Shown in pieces: positions 25,550 to 37,596 of a DNA stretch of 64,000 nt. The notes below the pieces were generated by a model. The model saw only the letters and a program-made list of their open reading frames with translations, did no database searches and was not told the origin of the DNA. Source of the stretch: Octopus sinensis (Eukaryota); NCBI RefSeq assembly GCF_006345805.1, contig NC_043022.1:4154001-4218000 (forward strand), in the 5' to 3' direction. Position 1 is the first letter of the stretch. Each line of letters starts with the position of its first letter. Position numbers and translations under genes: made by a program.

Positions 25550-25774
25550 GTGTGAAGGTGCATGGTTTAGTGCAGTGGTCGCCAACCCGAGGTCCGCAAA
25601 GGTAGTACTGGGGGTTCGTGAACTAAATTCAAAATTCAGTTGACTTGTTGCCATGGAACCCCAAGATAAAATACCTGCTAATTAGATTAGCATACACTAA
25701 AGTAGTAATAGTGGTAGTGGTGGTGGTGGTGGTGGCAGTAGCAGTAGTAGTAGGGAAATAACTTTAAGTCTAAT

Positions 25775-25993
25775 TCCTTAAGCATTCAGATTATTCTGTC
25801 AAACATAAAATTCATTTATATTGTTTTGAATTAATCATGCATTATTTTGTAGCTTTAAGATTTTGATGATGGGATTGTCTTATTTCTAGAACAACATTGT
25901 AGGGTAGGTGTGAGAAGCTGGATCTGTCCACTTTGAACATAAAATGGGTAGGATATTTGAGCCTGATATGACCAGCTGAAATGCTGAAGGGTA
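25775..25993 (-). mobile_element. piggyBac-type MITE family 2, decayed
   Basis: Reverse complement of 51239-51459. Confidence 0.65.
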
Positions 25994-26093
25994 AGAGTTT
26001 GTGGCCAATTAATGTTGCTCTAAAAGTAAGAGTGACAGAGATAAAGAGTCTGTGTGTGAGAGAGAGAGAGAGAGAGGGGGTAGAGAAAGTGAC

Positions 26094-26130
<37 letters not shown>

Positions 26131-27085
26131 AAGAGGGAGAACATAAAGAGAGACACACGGACAGAAGAGTAGCTGTAGTGGAACAATGACATTCCATCAA
26201 AGCTGGACAGGTTTTAGATATATAGCTGAACAAGTATTAGTTAATCATTGAGCAGTGTGTGCGACAATAGCTCTACCACAGCATTGTAACAATACATGGG
26301 AGGTACATTATTATTTATAACAGGACCATCAGAACAGATTGACCATTAGCAAATAAAGAGTGTGACTCCTCCTTTGTCAGATCATCATGTAAGAAGAATT
26401 GGAGAAGAATGCATTCCTTGGTAGAGACAAGAATATGTTAGGTTCGTTTTGAACAATACTGCAACAAGACTGAAAGAAGCAACTTGTTCCATGATTACAG
26501 CAGCAAACAGGTGACAACTGGGGAAAGATTAAGCTCATATAAAAACAAAAACTCAGGCATTTTTGTTGTTGTTGCTGATTACAAGGGAAAGCCATATTGA
26601 AAATAATAAGCTGGCAAATACTGCTGTGACTGTGCAGATTAAGTAAATACAGGTGACACAGTCAATAATTGAAACATCAAATGTTTACGGATTACTTTGA
26701 GTCCTGAGTCAACACTTTCTCTTGGAGGCACTCAATAATCCCCCTGTAAGCCCGTTAGTTGAAATGTCTCTTTTGTTTTCAAACAAGGAGCTGTAATAAG
26801 CATACAGCCCCACATGGTACCAGATTATGGCTAGGTTCCTAAATCAAAGATGGGAAAGAAGTGGAGTATGATTAGCTAGATTGAAAATCTGTGCCCAACA
26901 GTTGTGACACGAATAAAAGCTGTTGTTGAAATGACAGAGTTGGGTTTCTTAAAACTGGTTCAATCCCTGGTCTGATACTGACAGCTATGATGACAAGGGT
27001 TCCAGTTGATTTAATCACTGGAACAGCCAGCTAATGAAATCAACATACAAGTGGCTGAGCACTCCACAGACACGTGTACCCTTAA

Positions 27086-27307
27086 CCCTTTCGTTACTGT
27101 ATATATTTTGAGATGCTCTGTGTTTCTTTCAATTCATTTTAAATATAACAAAGAATTTAGTAAAATAACTTAGTTATTGTTAAGCTGGTGTCAGGAACAT
27201 AAATTGTGACTAAGGTTTGGTGGAAGATTTTAATTCAGAACTTTTGGAAACAAGACATTTGTACTACTGAGCCAGAAGCAGTTTCAGTCGTGTTGGTAAT
27301 GAAAGGG
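27086..27307 (+). mobile_element. piggyBac-type MITE family 1 nested in a SINE (26980-27505)
   Basis: TTAA TSD (27082-27085 and 27308-27311); TIR ccctttcgttac/gtaatgaaaggg; splits the SINE motif acccttaa-tgtagttc. Confidence 0.9.
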
Positions 27308-27524
27308 TTAATGTAGTTCTCAAGGAGATTCAGCGTGACACAGAATCTGACAAGGTCGACCCTGTGAACTACAGGTACAAATTACTTTTGCTAGTTGAGT
27401 GGACTGGAGCAATGTGAAATGAAGTGGCCTGCCCAAGGACACAATGCATTGCTGGGACCCTACAACCATGAATCAAATATCCAAACCACTATGCCATGCA
27501 CTTTCACAAAAACCTGGCACCTCA

Positions 27525-27830
27525 TTGATTACGACACTGAGTGATCCAGTTGATCCTATCAAGGGAACCCGTTTGTGAAATTAACATGCAAGTGGCTGAG
27601 TACTCCACAGACAAGCATACCCTGAATGTAGTTCTCAGGGAGATTCAGCATGACACAGAATGTAACGAGGCTGGCCCTCTTTGAATTAGAAGTACTACTG
27701 ATTTTTGCTAGACGAGTGGACTGAAATAAAGTGTCTTGCTCAAGGACACAACACACCATCTGGGAATTGAACTTACAACCTCGCAGCCATGAGCAAAATG
27801 CTCAAACCACTAAGCCATGCGAGCTTCACT
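27525..27830 (-). mobile_element. SINE with CORE-like segment and family-C tail
   Basis: Similar to 15405-15722. Confidence 0.72.
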
Positions 27831-28937
27831 ACTGCAATTGATATTACTTTCATGAAAACCTCATCCAAACACAATTTGGACATGTAATTAGGGACTCGTT
27901 ATTAACATAATTTCCTATTTTCCTAACAACAACAGTTAAATATCTCTGAAGAATGGTACACAAAGTTTGTTGTGTGTACTTGAGTAAATTCCTCTGCAAG
28001 AATTAATTTGGATCATTGGAACTGTTTGTTGGCCAATTTAATGTCAAATAAACAGATGTTAACAAAAGAATAAACAAGATCTATGTGAGGTGGGTAAGTG
28101 TCTCTTTTTTATATTTTGCTTTCTTTTTTTCCTAAATAACAATTTGTGCACGCTCTAATTACAGACAGTTAACAATATAAACTATACAACATTGCTGTGT
28201 GGTAGATTAATCAGATTTGGTTGGAATAACCGAAAGATAAGCAATCTATAGGCAACATTATAAAGCAAATGAAGTGTTTTGTGAAAAGATAGATAGGAGT
28301 GGAGCAAACAAAGAGAAGAAAAGGCCAAATAGCTGGGGACTGATAGAGTAGAATATTAAACATGATTAGAGGAACAATGGCTGTGAAATAAATGACTGAT
28401 TGCTGATTAGATGATGATGATGATGATGACAGGCCTGTAGTTTACTATGTAGCCATTGCTTATTGGGGGACAAGAGGCATCCCCAGAGCAAGGCACATAA
28501 CTCTGCTACACATTGGCACACTAACAATAAAGCTACACTTGTTTCACAGAAGCAAATAGAACAGCCAGCTAAAAAAAAACAATTACTTCAAATATGTAAA
28601 AAAAAAAAAAAATAAAATAAAAAAAATTAAAATTAAAAACTAAAAATAAACGCCCTGCCCCATGGGAAATTGAATGCATAAACAGGTAAACCATCAACAA
28701 AAGACTGCATCCATTTGGTACCTCCTAATTTCTATCCTTCCTCTTTTTCTGTTTTGCGCTCACAGACACTGAGAGTCTATAACAAGTCACAGAGATTACC
28801 TCATTGCAACAATAAGGTACCCAGGCTATCAGCGCCAGGTATTGATACCCAGCTGATATAGGGCCATTGCCGTGCTCCAACTAAACCACTTGACCATTAT
28901 GACACCAACATGCCTGGGATTGCTTTTGTTCTGTGTT

Positions 28938-29270
28938 CCCTTTCGTTACCAGATTTCTGTTGAAATACATTGCTTTTATTTCAACTAATTTTGAAAATAT
29001 GAAGAATTTAATAAAATAATTTTTGTCACTATTAAGCTGATGTTTAAAACATAAAATAACATAACATTTTGATGGAATGTTTCAGTTTGGATCACTTTAA
29101 CCCTTTTGTTACCATATTTCTGTTGAAATGCACTAAATCTGTTTCAACTAATTTTGAAAATATGAAGAATTTGGTAAAGTAATTTTTGTCTTCATTAACC
29201 CTTTCATTACCAACCCGGCTCTGGCTCTGTAGTACAAATGTCTTGTTTTCATATGTTTTGAATTAAAATG
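28938..29270. mobile_element. Cluster of partial piggyBac-type MITE ends
   Basis: ccctttcgttacc, ttaacccttttgttacc and ttaaccctttcattacc termini. Confidence 0.6.
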
Positions 29271-30007
29271 GCTTTAAGGGTGTCGTAAAGGGCTTGGTTG
29301 GAGGCTCAACCTTCCAAGTTCTTTTACAGGGTGAAGGGCCATTGCAATGAGTGTGTGAATCTAAAAGGGGAATATGTTGAACAAAATCATAATTAACTGA
29401 TCCTCATCCTGTAGTTTCTTTTACCCAAAGCCAGGATCTTTTCAGCTCTTCCTTATATATAACACACACTGCAGAAACAAAGTGGGTTAGCCTGTAAATT
29501 AACTCTGTCAACCTGTTTTTAATTACATTTATCGTGAAAACCTTACCAAAAAAAAGACCTTGTTGGTGCCTTGTGAAAAGCATTCAACCCATTCTAGGAA
29601 GGGACTGGCATCAGAAAGGGCATCCAACTGTAAAAATTACGTCAAACAGGACCTTGCTAGTGCCACATGAAAAGCACACAGTTCACTCTGTAAAGTGGTA
29701 GGTGTTAAGGAAGGGTATTGAACCATGAAAATCAAGCAGTAAAACAGATATTGGGGCTTTGTACAGTCCCTGCTTTGTTAGCTCCAACCAAACTGTCCAA
29801 CCCATGCCAGCATGGAAATCAGACATATGATGAGGATGATAATTTAGTGGAGGTGAGCAGAAATAAATGTACTGATCTTTCCCCGCCAACTTCCAACATA
29901 TATTCCAAATTTTGGGGATCTCCAGCCCTATCAATCACCCCCAACCTCCAGCCCCATGGGTGTTTCTAAAGAATCTGCAAAGGTGGGGGAAATTTCAAGT
30001 GCCTTAC

Positions 30008-30141
30008 CTGGCTGCACTGAGGTACATCATAAGTTCTCCATCAATAACACACAGTGGCCGCCAACGTAGCTCTTCCATGTGTTCGCTTTTCTCTGGCATG
30101 TCTGACGGAGACACATCACGTTTATATTCAGGAAGCCGAGC
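30008..30141 (-). CDS. RERE: RERE coding exon (134 nt; ELM2: ARLPEYKRDVSPSDMPEKSEHMEELRWRPLCVIDGELMMYLSAA-R)
   Basis: Acceptor tttgtag and donor CAG|gtaagg. ELM2 pattern QA.LP...EEL.W.P...D..L.MYL.AARS. Phase 0 in, phase 2 out. Not in the supplied ORF track. Confidence 0.96.
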
Positions 30142-30194
30142 CTACAAAACAAACAACAAAACAAACTCTGTCACTAAACATATTAAATACACAT

Positions 30195-30225
<31 letters not shown>

Positions 30226-30271
30226 TAATAACAATAATAATAATAACAATAATAATAATAATAATAATAAT

Positions 30272-30682
30272 AATATATTCACTGGGTAATCTGCAAAAAC
30301 CTGGATTTGCCCCATGAAAAAAACTGGTGGGAAAACAAACCACATCTCACTCCTCTGGAACTTCCCCATTCAAACTGACAGAAAGATAGATGCAAATAGG
30401 CCAGACATCATATTGAAAGACTTCAGACAAAGAACATGCCTCCTCGTTGATATGACTGTCCCAATCGATATAAACGTATCTGTCAAGACCTACAAAAAAC
30501 TGAGCAAATATAAAGATCTTGAAATAGAAATCAGCAAAATGTGGAACCTGAAGACTAAAACAATACCTGTTGTCATAGGTACCCTGGGAATGATAGCAAA
30601 AGGGGCTGATAGCTACCTAACTCAGATACCAGGAAACCCCAAAATGGAGCCAACTTGTACAAATATAAAGCAAAAGTCAAAC

Positions 30683-30685
<3 letters not shown>
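30272..30685 (+). mobile_element. Dong/R4-clade retrotransposon copy 1 (5'-truncated, internally deleted) in an (AAT)n array
   Basis: RLE motif LWNF.IQTDRKIDANRPDIIL.D...CLL.D.TVP.D.N...K.SKYKDL; same 3' terminus gcaaaagtcaaaca as copy 2; (AAT)n on both flanks. Confidence 0.9.
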
Positions 30686-30732
<47 letters not shown>

Positions 30733-30734
<2 letters not shown>

Positions 30735-32411
30735 GCGATTGTTAAACAATTCAGTGATGACATCAGAATGCAATTTGGCCTCGATAAATGTGCAAAAGCT
30801 ACCTCTATCAAAGGAAAAATGACAGAAACATCTAACATTAACCAGCAACATGTCATAAAAGAGTTAGACCCAGCGGAGAGCTACAAGTACCTAGGGGTAA
30901 TTGAAGGGGACGGAATAAAGCATTCAGTGATGAAGGAAAGGATCAGGAGAGAATGTTATCGCAGAGTAAGAGCAATACTCAAGACAGAGCTGAATGCGAG
31001 AAACAGGATCGAAGCGATCAATGCTCTAGCCATACCAGTCGTAGCTTAGAGTTTCAATATCGTTAACTGGTCAATTACTGAAATATGTAATCTTGACAGA
31101 AAAATACGAAAACTGTTGACAATGCATAGAATGCACCACCCTAAGGCAGATATAGAACGACTTTATCTGCCAAGAAAAGAGGGAGGCCGTGGACTTTTAC
31201 AACTGGCAATAACAATGAAGATTGTTACAATTGACCTAGACACCTACCTGAAAAACTCTGAGGACTGGATGTTAAAACTTGTCTCAAAACATGAAAACAA
31301 GAAAGCATCATACTCAGTAGCAAAACAGGCAAAGGACTATCTAAGTGAATTCCGAATACAAAAAGTTTCGGAATTAAACATACAAGAAACAAGCACAGAA
31401 AAAGCTAAACGCATGAAAACCCGTGCTAAAACTGCTGCCTTAGATATTCTGAATGATAAATGGCAAGAAAAACTTCTCAATGGCAAATACCCAAAGAGAG
31501 TAAATAATGCAGATGTTGACAAAGCACTGACCCATCAATGGCTAATGGCCTCTGGCTTAAAATCTGAAACAGAAGGGTTTATCATAGCAGCTCAAGATCA
31601 ATGCCTACCTACAAGGAACTACCAGGCCAACATATTAAAGAACGGCAGTAGCCCAACATGTCATGTATGTCAACAACAAAATGAAACCATTGATCATGTT
31701 GTCTCCAAGTGCAGTCTTCTAGCGCCTACAGAGTATCTCAACAGGCATGATGGAGCTGCACAATATATTCACTGGGTAATTTGCAGAAGCCTGGACTTGC
31801 CCCATGAAAAAAAAACTGGTGGGAACACAAACCACCTCCAGTGCTTGAAAATGACCACATCTCACTCCTCTGGAACTTCACCATTCAAACTGACAGAAAG
31901 ATAGATGCAAATAGGCCAGACAGCATATTGAAAGACTTCAAACAAAGAACATGCCTCCTCATTGATATGACTGTCCCAATCGATATAAACGTATCTGTCA
32001 AGACCTACCAAAAATATAAAGATCTTGAAATAGAAATCACCAAAATGTGGAACCTGAAGACTAAAACTATACCTGTTGTCATAAGTGCCCTGGGAATGAC
32101 AGCAAAAGGGGCTGATTGCTACCTAACTCAGATACCAGGAAACCCAAAATTTGCAGCAATTCAAAAGATAGTGCTCATGGGAACTGCTCATATCCTACGC
32201 AAAATACTTTCTATGTAATCTCAAGTTTTAAAACAAACATAATTTTTTGTTTGTTTTTTTTAGATATTCACTAGTACAACACTAAATACAAAACCAAATA
32301 TATGGCGCACTAGGCATAACACCAACGTGAACTTCCAACTTGTAGTCTCTTGAGGTCTCTGGGTGAGACTTGGAGCCAACTTGTACAAATATAAAGCAAA
32401 AGTCAAACACA

Positions 32412-32412
<1 letters not shown>
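30733..32412 (+). mobile_element. Dong/R4-clade non-LTR retrotransposon copy 2 (5'-truncated; RT C-terminus, CCHC knuckle, RLE, 3' UTR)
   Basis: FGLDKC, YKYLG, RLYLPRKEGGRGL, AAQDQ, CHVC...ETIDHVVSKC, RHD and RPD...D...KYKDL motifs. In-frame TAG at 31047 and a +2 frameshift in the A-run near 31810. Flanked by (AAT)n, the established Dong target. Confidence 0.93.
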
Positions 32413-32453
<41 letters not shown>

Positions 32454-32455
<2 letters not shown>

Positions 32456-32927
32456 TCTTGGTATAAAAGATGGGCTACAGCAAATATTCTGCTCAATACC
32501 ACAGATTTGCTTCTCAGTTGTTTGACCTTAACCAGTTGAGCATGTCCCTTAGTGGCTGACGATATGTGCATCTCTGATCACAAGCAAAAGTAGTGGGGGA
32601 GCATCATAGCCATGTGTTGAGAGGGATTCTTTGGGGTTTGAATAGTTCACCTCTGGAAACATGGGTGTTTCGTTCAACGTCCTTAAACAACCCTTATTCA
32701 GGGACCTTTTGAGCGGGATGGGTTACTTGCCCAGAAGAAAATTCTAACTGGGCCCCACTTGCAAGGTCGTGCTGTTTATCTTGATATGAGATCACCATGT
32801 CGCGCACATATGGTTGTGATGCATGTGCCTGGTGTACCTTTATCAGATGGGTAGTCATGATGGGTATATTGGGCTTCGTATATTTTACCCCTGTGTCACT
32901 TTGATGGCATGCACTGCTCTCTCACAC

Positions 32928-32930
<3 letters not shown>
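32454..32930 (+). mobile_element. Non-coding (AAT)n-tailed interspersed element, 5'-truncated
   Basis: Highly similar copy at 45199-45722; both end gcactgctctctc(acac)aataataat. Confidence 0.8.
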
Positions 32931-32967
<37 letters not shown>

Positions 32968-33340
32968 GGCAGCAAGCTGTCAGAATCATTAGCATGCAGG
33001 AGGAAATGCTTAGAAGCATTTCACCGGTTACTACATTCTGAGTTCAAATTCTGCCGAGGTTGACTTTGCCTTTCATCCTTTTGGGGTGGATAAATTAAGT
33101 ACCAGTGGAACACTGGGAGGAGATGTAATCAACTTAACTCCTCCCCCAAAATTTCAGGCCTTGTACATTTAGTAGAAAGGATTATTATTATCATTATATT
33201 GAGGCTGTGAACTGGCAGAATCGTTGGCATGCTGGGCAAAACGCTCAACAGCATTTTGTCTGTCTTTATATTCCCAGTTCAAATTCCACCTAAGTCAACT
33301 TTGCCTTTCATCCTTTCAGGGTCAGTAAAATAAGTATAAT
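32968..33340 (+). mobile_element. Two tandem family-B-related SINEs with (ATT)n tail
   Basis: gagttcaaattc and ctttgcctttcatcc core twice; tail aaaatttcaggccttgt...agtagaaaggattattatt. Confidence 0.8.
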
Positions 33341-33412
33341 CAATAAAACATGTAAACCCCTACTAAAAATGTCAAGTTCCTCTTTCTCTCATTTGTCCAT
33401 TTACTCATATGC

Positions 33413-33617
33413 TCTTTTACTTGTTTCAGTCCTTTGACTGCGGCCATGCTGGAGCACCGCCTTTAGTCGAGCAAATCGACCCCGGGACTTATTCTTTGTA
33501 AGACCAGTACTTATTCTATCGGTGTCTTTTGCCGAACCGCTAAGTGGCGGGGACGTAAACACACCAGCATCAGTTGTCAAGCAATGCTAAGGGGACAAAC
33601 GCAGACACACAAACACG

Positions 33618-33649
<32 letters not shown>

Positions 33650-33820
33650 CATATATACAACAGGCTTCTTTCAGTTTCCGTCTACCAAATCCATTCACAA
33701 GGCATTGGTCGGCCCGGGGCTATAGCAGAAGACACTTGCCCAAGATGCCACGCAGTGGGACTGAACCCGGAACTATGTGGCTGGTAAGCAAGCTACTTAC
33801 CACACAGCCACTCCTGCGCC
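33413..33820 (-). mobile_element. SINE family A, full length
   Basis: Reverse complement of the consensus. Confidence 0.9.
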
Positions 33821-34034
33821 TATATTCTTTAGTCTTTTACTTGTTTCAATCATTTGATGGCAGCCATGCTGGAGCACCGGCATTAGTCGAACAAATCGAT
33901 TTATTGTAAGATGACTTAACTGGTTGAAACTTTAAAGTCACCGACAATAATATTCTCGTTTAAGAAGAATAAAAGTCCAGAGTAACCCATCAGGCTAATC
34001 TAAAATTGTTTTTTATAATAACATACAAACAAAC

Positions 34035-34429
34035 AGTGGCTGTGTGGCAAGTAGCTTGCTTACCAACCACATGGTTGTGGGTTCAGTTTCACTGCATGGC
34101 ACCTTGGGCAGGTGTCTTGTACAACAGCTTTGGGCCGACCAAAGCCTTGTGAATGGATCTGGTAGATGGAAACTGAAAGAAGCCCATCGTATGTATGTAT
34201 AATGTGTGTATACACACACACACATACATATATGTTTGTGTGTCTGTATGTGTCTCCCCACCATTGCTCAACAACTGATGGTATATTTATGTCCCCATAA
34301 ACTAGTGGTTCAGCAAAAGAGACTGATAGAATAAGCACTAGGCTTACAAAGAACAGGTCCTGGGGCAATTTGTTCAACTAAAGGCAGTGCCCCAGCATGG
34401 CCACAGTCAAATGACTGAAACAAATAAAA

Positions 34430-34432
<3 letters not shown>
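34035..34432 (+). mobile_element. SINE family A
   Basis: Consensus match, moderately decayed. Confidence 0.85.
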
Positions 34433-34474
<42 letters not shown>

Positions 34475-34608
34475 AGTAATAAGAGAGAGACCACATGTGG
34501 TCACTCTAACGCTAGAAATAGATCCGCAAAGGGAATCCACCACTAAAGAATTGTTCTCAAGAATTAATTCAACACGTCAAGAATTCAATTTTTTCACCCT
34601 TATTGTGA

Positions 34609-34639
<31 letters not shown>

Positions 34640-34642
34640 CAT

Positions 34643-34887
34643 ATTGGTAAAAACGGTAAAATAACAAAAGAAAGAAAGAGACCTCAATATTAGGTAAATA
34701 GAGGACATTTATCTGTAAAATAATATGTGACAATTACTCAATAGCCAAGATAAAACTCGGATTTTTTCATGGCATTTTTTCAGATGGCCAGATAACCGAA
34801 GTGATGGTGTTGTGGATTCCCACTTCGGCAACCGATACTCAGAGTTTTATCTTGGCTACTGAATAATTGTCACATATTATTTTACAG

Positions 34888-34890
<3 letters not shown>
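34643..34890. repeat. 49-bp inverted repeat pair (about 34710-34758 and 34842-34890) in TA tracts; probable Penelope-like inverted pLTR fragment
   Basis: 47/49 reverse-complement match, with an inner ccgaagtg/cacttcgg pair. Confidence 0.75.
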
Positions 34891-34921
<31 letters not shown>

Positions 34922-35967
34922 GAAAGAATGGAGTTGAACGACGATTTAACAAAATTCCTTTATCCTCAACATATTCTGACGTGAATTTGCTACCCGGGTA
35001 TCGGTTAACCAAATTATCCATACTAGGATAATTCATTCAACTACTTATATATATACACACACTACTGTTGCTCCATTTTTGCATCCCAATGAAAAAAAAC
35101 AAAGACGGGGGGGGGGGATATCTCAAACATTACATTTTTTACATTCAGACATGAAACTTGAGTCACTTGAAAAATCCCAGAAATGCATTATATAAACACA
35201 CACATTTATATATTCTGCCCAAAAACTGGCCAAGGAGCACATAGAGAACTTTCATTAATGTTAAGGAGATTTAAATCTGATTTAAAACAGCAACCTGTTT
35301 CAAAGAGAAATACAGAAATAATTCCGCTTCCTTCTGCTGCCAGAATTGCTGTATATTGGATTATTAGACTCTTTAATATTTCCTGAGAGTACATCAATTA
35401 CACATGCAACACGGACAATTCCAAACTAATTTTACTAGATGCCTCCTTATCTCGACCAAAACTTCTCTTGTCTGGCAATGCTGACAGCACTTAAAAGGGG
35501 TTTTGTTGTTTGGCGGAGGAAGTTTAACGAGTAAGACATCAGCAATTAATAACAGTACCACTGTTTACGATAATCAATAAACTACCCCCCCCCACCTCTC
35601 TCTCTCTCTCTGCCTCTATCTCATGCTATCAAACTGGCTTCAAAGATCAGCCTTTAACAGTTTGAGAAGCCAGCCTAGCCATGCATAAAGTTCACACCAA
35701 ACAAACCGCAGTAAGATGGTTTCCTCTTGCACTGGTAGAACCATGTTAAGAAGAAGGATAAAAACAAAACGAATAATAAAGGAATTAAGCAAATAGATAG
35801 ATAAGTGAAGGAAAATAATGATGTTGATGATGACGATGATGATGATGATGATGAAGAGGACGACTAAAAAAAATCTTCTCATTACAATGAGAAATCTGTT
35901 TGTCAATAATGTTGCTATGCAACAAAGAAAAGAAATATTTCCCTGTGGAACAGGAAAAAAATCCAAG

Positions 35968-36013
35968 ATATATATGTATGTATATATATATATATACACA
36001 CATATGTATATAT

Positions 36014-36054
<41 letters not shown>

Positions 36055-36223
36055 TATATGTATATATGTAGGTGTATATATATATATAAATATACATATA
36101 TATACATACACACACATACATAAATACAAATACATACATATATATACATATGTATACATGTATATATACATATATATATATACATATGTATACATGTATA
36201 TATACATATATATACACACACAC

Positions 36224-36261
<38 letters not shown>

Positions 36262-36299
36262 TATATACACACATATGTATATATGTATGTGTGTATATA

Positions 36300-36332
<33 letters not shown>

Positions 36333-36501
36333 TATATGTATATATGTAGGTGTATATATATATATAAATATACATATATATACATACACACACATACATA
36401 AATACAAATACATACATATATATACATATGTATACATGTATATATACATATATATATATACATATGTATACATGTATATATACATATATATACACACACA
36501 T

Positions 36502-36540
<39 letters not shown>

Positions 36541-36650
36541 ACACATGCATATATGTATATACATACATACACGCATAGATGTACATACATATGCATATAC
36601 ATACATGTGTGTGTATGCCTATATATACACACACACACACACTCAGATAT
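35968..36650. repeat. Compound TA/CA microsatellite containing a ~280-bp tandem duplication
   Basis: tatgtaggtgtata...aaatacaaatacatac repeated at about 36063 and 36343. Confidence 0.9.
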
Positions 36651-37123
36651 ATATATTGAACATGCAAGACAGAGAAAATATCAAAAGACAAAAAAAAAAA
36701 CAAAATGCATATTTATTTGTCGGTGTGTAGTGTCGGGTCAGAGAGGGAGAGAGGGAGAGAGGAGAGAGAGAGAGAGAAAGATATTGGAAAAATATATTCT
36801 TTTAGATTTATTGTGTGTATCATTTGGGAAAGATATTTAATACAACTTTGATGAGTCAGAGACATTAAGAGATCCTGTTATGCTTAACAAATACATCATC
36901 CAGAAAAGATATTGAACGGTGCAGCCGCACGCTTTCTGGGAGTTTTTTTTAATATAATAATAATCATCATCATCATCATCGTCATCATTACTATTACTAC
37001 TACTTTTTGGTTTTTGTGAAACCGTTCCTGTTATTTTCTTTTTATTTAATGTCGAGAAAATATTATACCTCCTGTTAGGTTTTATACCACATCTCATCCG
37101 TCATCAACGGCATCAATACCACC

Positions 37124-37154
<31 letters not shown>

Positions 37155-37596
37155 CCATCGAAGTCGTTATATTCATTGTCAATTTTCATATTCCTTCTCT
37201 CGTCTCCATGCAATATAGATCCCGCTTGCCGGGTTATTTCATTGACGTAGCTCCCTTAGTAACAACAAGCATTTACTAAATAGCTGCTTTTTCCCCCCCT
37301 TTTTTTTTTTTGTGTGTGTGTTTTTACCATTTCTAATTTTATGGCCTGCCACACAATGCGGAATGTTGTCTGGTAGAAGACATGGCATCACCGAGTGTTG
37401 TGCTTTATTACAGTTGAAGTGGAATTCAGATGGAGTCAGCAGAGCTGGGCATTAAGGGTCTGCGATTTGTTTAGGATTAATCAAAGACCAACAACTGTTG
37501 TTCGGTTCTAGAAAATGGTTCAAACTCTCTTCTACAAAGTCATTTCATCTAAAAAAAAAACAATTTTTTTCTTTTTCTTCTGTTTTTAACAAAAAC

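Noticed and set aside
32550-32600. CTGACGA hammerhead core or C/D snoRNA boxes (also tgatga...ctga at ~45366)
   Set aside because: No GAAA with proper stems, and the C and D boxes are only about 12 nt apart.
35640-36840. Long ORFs (up to 332 aa) rich in Y/I/C/V/M
   Set aside because: Translations of TA/CA microsatellite; no domain or splice support.
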